DNA from: Promethearchaeota archaeon
Lineage (GTDB): Archaea; Asgardarchaeota; Lokiarchaeia; Sigyniarchaeales; SOKP01
Assembly: GCA_019057865.1 (NCBI GenBank)
Contig: JAHLWP010000070.1
Span: forward strand, 1 to 11,257
Length of the DNA stretch: 11,257 nt
Direction of reading: 5' to 3'
Shown piece by piece: positions 7,894-11,257 of this stretch (position 1 is its first letter; each line of letters starts with the position of its first letter). The position numbers and the translations under genes were made by a program. The notes beneath the pieces are model-generated. The model was not told where the DNA came from. It saw nothing but the letters and a program-made list of their open reading frames with translations, and did not search any database.

Positions 7894-8886
7894 ATGGATT
7901 TAAAAGAAATTTTATTGAATTTAAATATGGTAATGTTTGGAGGCAAAGGTGGTGTTGGAAAAACAACATGTGCTTCAAGTTCAGCAATTTGGGCTGCTGA
8001 ACATGGTCGGAATACTTTAATTATTAGTATAGATCCAGCTCATTCATTGGGTGATAGCTTAGGAGTAGATTTACCTCCAGGTGAACCAAAACAAATACCC
8101 AGTATTGATAATTTAACGGCATTAGAAATTAATCCTAAAGCTAATATTTCAGAATTTCGTGGATTAACAAATATAAATCCAATAGAAGAAATGGGCATGC
8201 CTGATATTATGAGAGGAATGCCATTAATGGAAGATTTGCAAGAATTAACTTCAATGAATCCTCCTGGTATAGATGAGGCTTTAGCTTTATTAAAAATGTT
8301 AGAATTCGTAGAAACGGAACATAATTATGATTTAATAATTTTTGATACTGCCCCAACAGGTCATACACTTAGATTTTTAAGTCTTCCAGAAACTTTATCG
8401 GGATGGATAGGAAAACTTATTAACATGAGAATTAAATTTGGAAATATGTTTGGCGCAATAAAAAGAATTTTTACTCGAGAGGAAAAAAAAGAAGATAATT
8501 CTTTAAAGATTTTAGAAAGATTGAATAATTCCATCCTTAATGCAAGAGATGATCTCACTAATCCTTTGAAAAATTCATTTGTAATTGTTATGATCCCTGA
8601 AGAGATGGCAATAACAGAGACAGGTAGATTATTAAATGAACTTATTAAAAATAATATCCCCGTTTCAAATATAGTCGTAAATCAATTATATCAAGATCCA
8701 TCTGATTTATGTAATTTTTGTAGAGCCCGACGAGAGATGCAACAAAGAAACCTAATTAAAATAAGAGAAATTTTTAATGAAAAATTAGGTAAAAACTTGA
8801 TTGAAATACCTCTTTTTAAAGAAGAAATAAGAAAATACTCAAAATTGAAAGAATTAGGAAAATATTTAATTAATAATATGCGTTAA
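7894..8886 (+). CDS. ArsA/Get3(TRC40)-family ATPase, single domain
   Basis: Deviant Walker A GGKGGVGKTT, DPAHSL, PGIDE, switch II DTAPTGHTLRFL, a Met-rich helical segment and a dimer Zn motif CNFC. Confidence 0.93.
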   Translation: MDLKEILLNLNMVMFGGKGGVGKTTCASSSAIWAAEHGRNTLIISIDPAHSLGDSLGVDLPPGEPKQIPSIDNLTALEINPKANISEFRGLTNINPIEEMGMPDIMRGMPLMEDLQELTSMNPPGIDEALALLKMLEFVETEHNYDLIIFDTAPTGHTLRFLSLPETLSGWIGKLINMRIKFGNMFGAIKRIFTREEKKEDNSLKILERLNNSILNARDDLTNPLKNSFVIVMIPEEMAITETGRLLNELIKNNIPVSNIVVNQLYQDPSDLCNFCRARREMQQRNLIKIREIFNEKLGKNLIEIPLFKEEIRKYSKLKELGKYLINNMR

Positions 8887-9863
8887 GTAAAATCTTTTAA
8901 ATAATTACAATATGTGCAAATTTTAGTATTTCCACATGGATATCCACATAATTGACAAGAATTATAATTTATTTTCTCATTCTGATAATATAATGATTTT
9001 GATAGTTCTAAAAATCCATTGAATAGATTGAATTCTATCTCTGGACTATATTGTTTACATTTCTGAATAAATTCTAATACCCTCTTTCTTATTATAGGAT
9101 CTTTTTCTCTATACGGGCAGTGTGATGGATAATAATCGAATTTTTTTATGTTTGCATATAAAAAGATCTCATCCTCTGGAATTCTCATCAAGGGTGTTAT
9201 CTTCGTTATAAAATAATTTTCAATTCTACTATTCTGTTCTTTAAAGAGATACTGATTTGCTATTATATGAAAGCGTTTATATAAAATATTCATTAAAAAT
9301 GTTTCTGCTACATCAGTAAGATTATGACCTAATGCTAAAACAGTACCCCCTAAATCTTTTGCACTATCATTTAACAATCTTCTTCTAAACGTTGCACAAT
9401 AATTACATGCATATCTATAATCAATAGATTTCTTCTTGATACTTATGATCTCATCTAATTTATATCCTATTTTTTCCTTAAATGATATAATTTTATGTTC
9501 TATATCATATATCTTACAAAAATCCTTAGCTTTTTCAATGCTATTTTTTCTATAACCTTTTATTCCTTCATCAATCATTAATGCTATAATTGGTTCAGAG
9601 TTATATGTTCTTTCCTGAATTTTTATTAAATTATAGAGGAGGGAAATTGAATCTTTCCCACCAGACAATGCAACAATAATTTTATCATGAGGATGTAGCA
9701 TTTTATATTTGGAAATAGTTTTGTAAATATTTTTTTCAATATTCTTTTCAAAACATTCAGTACAGAGGATTTCTCCAGAATACCTTCGCTTAATGACAAC
9801 TGCATTTTTACAATGAGAACATTTTCCCTTTTCTAAGAATATTTTATAATTCATTAAAACCAA
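8883..9863 (-). CDS. tRNA 2-thiolation protein, Ncs6/CTU1/TtuA family (TIGR00269-like PP-loop ATPase)
   Basis: N-terminal CxxC...CxxC, PP-loop SGGKDS, central CNYC, GHNLTDVAET, CPY and C-terminal CxxC...CxxC. The start may be ATG 9854. Confidence 0.9.
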   Translation of the reverse strand: MVLMNYKIFLEKGKCSHCKNAVVIKRRYSGEILCTECFEKNIEKNIYKTISKYKMLHPHDKIIVALSGGKDSISLLYNLIKIQERTYNSEPIIALMIDEGIKGYRKNSIEKAKDFCKIYDIEHKIISFKEKIGYKLDEIISIKKKSIDYRYACNYCATFRRRLLNDSAKDLGGTVLALGHNLTDVAETFLMNILYKRFHIIANQYLFKEQNSRIENYFITKITPLMRIPEDEIFLYANIKKFDYYPSHCPYREKDPIIRKRVLEFIQKCKQYSPEIEFNLFNGFLELSKSLYYQNEKINYNSCQLCGYPCGNTKICTYCNYLKDFT

Positions 9864-9899
9864 GTAAAGTTCAATTTTTTAAGTGATAACAAATGATAA

Positions 9900-11255
9900 C
9901 TAAATCCAAAAAGTTAGTGATCCAAATTTCACAATTGATAAGATTAAGTTCCCAGCCACTATAATTAATGTAAATAATCTTAGAGTATTAATAATAGCTC
10001 TTTTTAATGGTCTTTTTCTGTCGTACCAATATTCATAAGAGATTTCAACAATTGAATTTTTATCTAATTTACTTTGTTCAGGTAAATCCAAAATCAATGT
10101 TTCTTTAAAACCGTCTCCAAATTTATCTATTAGATTATAATTATCTTCTGATAATAGAATTTCACTAGACTCTTTTATTTTTGAAGGATCTTGAATTGAA
10201 ATTTTTACAGAATTTACATTTTCTACACGATATTCTGATAAATCATATTCATATGCATCCGGTGTAAACTGATATTTCTCTTTCTTTTTTTTTATTATCT
10301 TATAATCTTCTCCAATCCCCCAATTGAGTAATTCTTTTACCATTCTATCTCCATCAAATATAGGTAAAGGTAAATTATTAAAGAGGGTTATACTGAATGC
10401 TATTATAAAAAGCCAAGCTATTTCTCTTAATAAAAATTCTGGAAAGAAGCTCGTGAAAAATTTGGCTATATCATTTTTATGCATAAAATATGAATTAGTA
10501 AATATTCCTATAACCACACCAACTACGTCCACATCTAAAGTCCATGTTTGTGTGTCTGATGAAAAATTTATAGTCTTTAAATTAAAAGAAGTTAAACTAT
10601 ACTCTAGGGTATCTCCATTTGAAACATTTATAGGCATTCCATCAATTTTATTTATGATTACTCCTTTTGTTATATTTCCATAATTATTACCCCCTTCAAC
10701 ATCTGTATAAACTTTGGTTATTTTCAATTCACTATTAGAAATATATTGATATGTTATTCCTAAATTATATCGGGGGCCTAGTGTAACATTTTTTACGAAA
10801 TATTTATCATTAGAAGGTTGATATATTCTCAATGATAAATTATCACCAACGGAACATAATAAACTTGTCTTATTATTCAAGATATTGCTAAGAGTTTTTT
10901 TATTATAATTATCAATATTTACATACTCTGTATCAGGTGTATCTTTCTTTTTAATTGCTAATATGACATCCCCTTTAGTGACATTTCCATAATTAAAACC
11001 TCCTTCTTCTTTTTTTAAAACTGAATTTATTTGTGTGACATTACGATAATAAGGAGATATCATTAAGGGAAAACTTAATAATAATATGAAAGCGATCCCT
11101 GCAGTAATACTATTTATATATGTACCTGCTGCTGCTATTCTTAACCGTGTATTTCTATGGAATTTAATAGAATTTAATTCCCTTTCATCAACTTCTACAA
11201 ACGCTCCAAATCCAATTATAAAAAAAAATCCTGCTCCCAGAACTCCTGTAGATTT
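9900..11255 (-). CDS. Site-2 protease family (peptidase M50) membrane metalloprotease with PDZ-like region; N-terminus outside the window
   Basis: The frame stays open upstream of the listed ATG (11063) to the window edge, reading KSTGVLGAGFFFIIGFGAFVEVDE...RLRIAAAGTYIN, which is typical of S2P. The NxxPxxxxDG motif is NNLPLPIFDG. The HExxH motif would lie beyond base 11257 and is not visible. Confidence 0.85.
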   Translation of the reverse strand, partial: KSTGVLGAGFFFIIGFGAFVEVDERELNSIKFHRNTRLRIAAAGTYINSITAGIAFILLLSFPLMISPYYRNVTQINSVLKKEEGGFNYGNVTKGDVILAIKKKDTPDTEYVNIDNYNKKTLSNILNNKTSLLCSVGDNLSLRIYQPSNDKYFVKNVTLGPRYNLGITYQYISNSELKITKVYTDVEGGNNYGNITKGVIINKIDGMPINVSNGDTLEYSLTSFNLKTINFSSDTQTWTLDVDVVGVVIGIFTNSYFMHKNDIAKFFTSFFPEFLLREIAWLFIIAFSITLFNNLPLPIFDGDRMVKELLNWGIGEDYKIIKKKKEKYQFTPDAYEYDLSEYRVENVNSVKISIQDPSKIKESSEILLSEDNYNLIDKFGDGFKETLILDLPEQSKLDKNSIVEISYEYWYDRKRPLKRAIINTLRLFTLIIVAGNLILSIVKFGSLTFWI

Positions 11256-11257
11256 AA

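Noticed and set aside
11220-11228. Poly-A run as a possible frameshift in the S2P gene
   Set aside because: The run is nine nucleotides (FFF on the minus strand) and the frame stays intact to the window edge.

Overview
AT-rich archaeal window, most likely an Asgard archaeon of the Lokiarchaeia type. This assignment is inferred from a supersized ES9 expansion segment, eukaryote-like LSU rRNA signatures and the gene content. Bases 1-~2470 are the 5' three-quarters of a 23S (LSU) rRNA gene on the minus strand, running off the left edge at roughly E. coli position 2230. It has no 16S gene upstream and appears to have its own promoter (~2848-2865) and a structured ~350-nt leader. The most striking feature is a 30-nt insertion (306-335) in the universally conserved helix 69 loop. 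It folds with the exons into a perfect canonical bulge-helix-bulge, so it is predicted to be an endonuclease-spliced, ORF-less rRNA mini-intron after U1917. The rest is housekeeping genes: DUF72 protein (with a C-terminal PIP-box-like tail), ketopantoate reductase, Ard1/RimI-type N-acetyltransferase, phosphopantothenate synthetase, aRF1, ArsA/Get3 ATPase, Ncs6/TtuA tRNA thiolase, and a site-2 (M50) protease cut off by the right edge of the window. All short ORFs overlapping the rRNA or antisense to real genes are treated as spurious.
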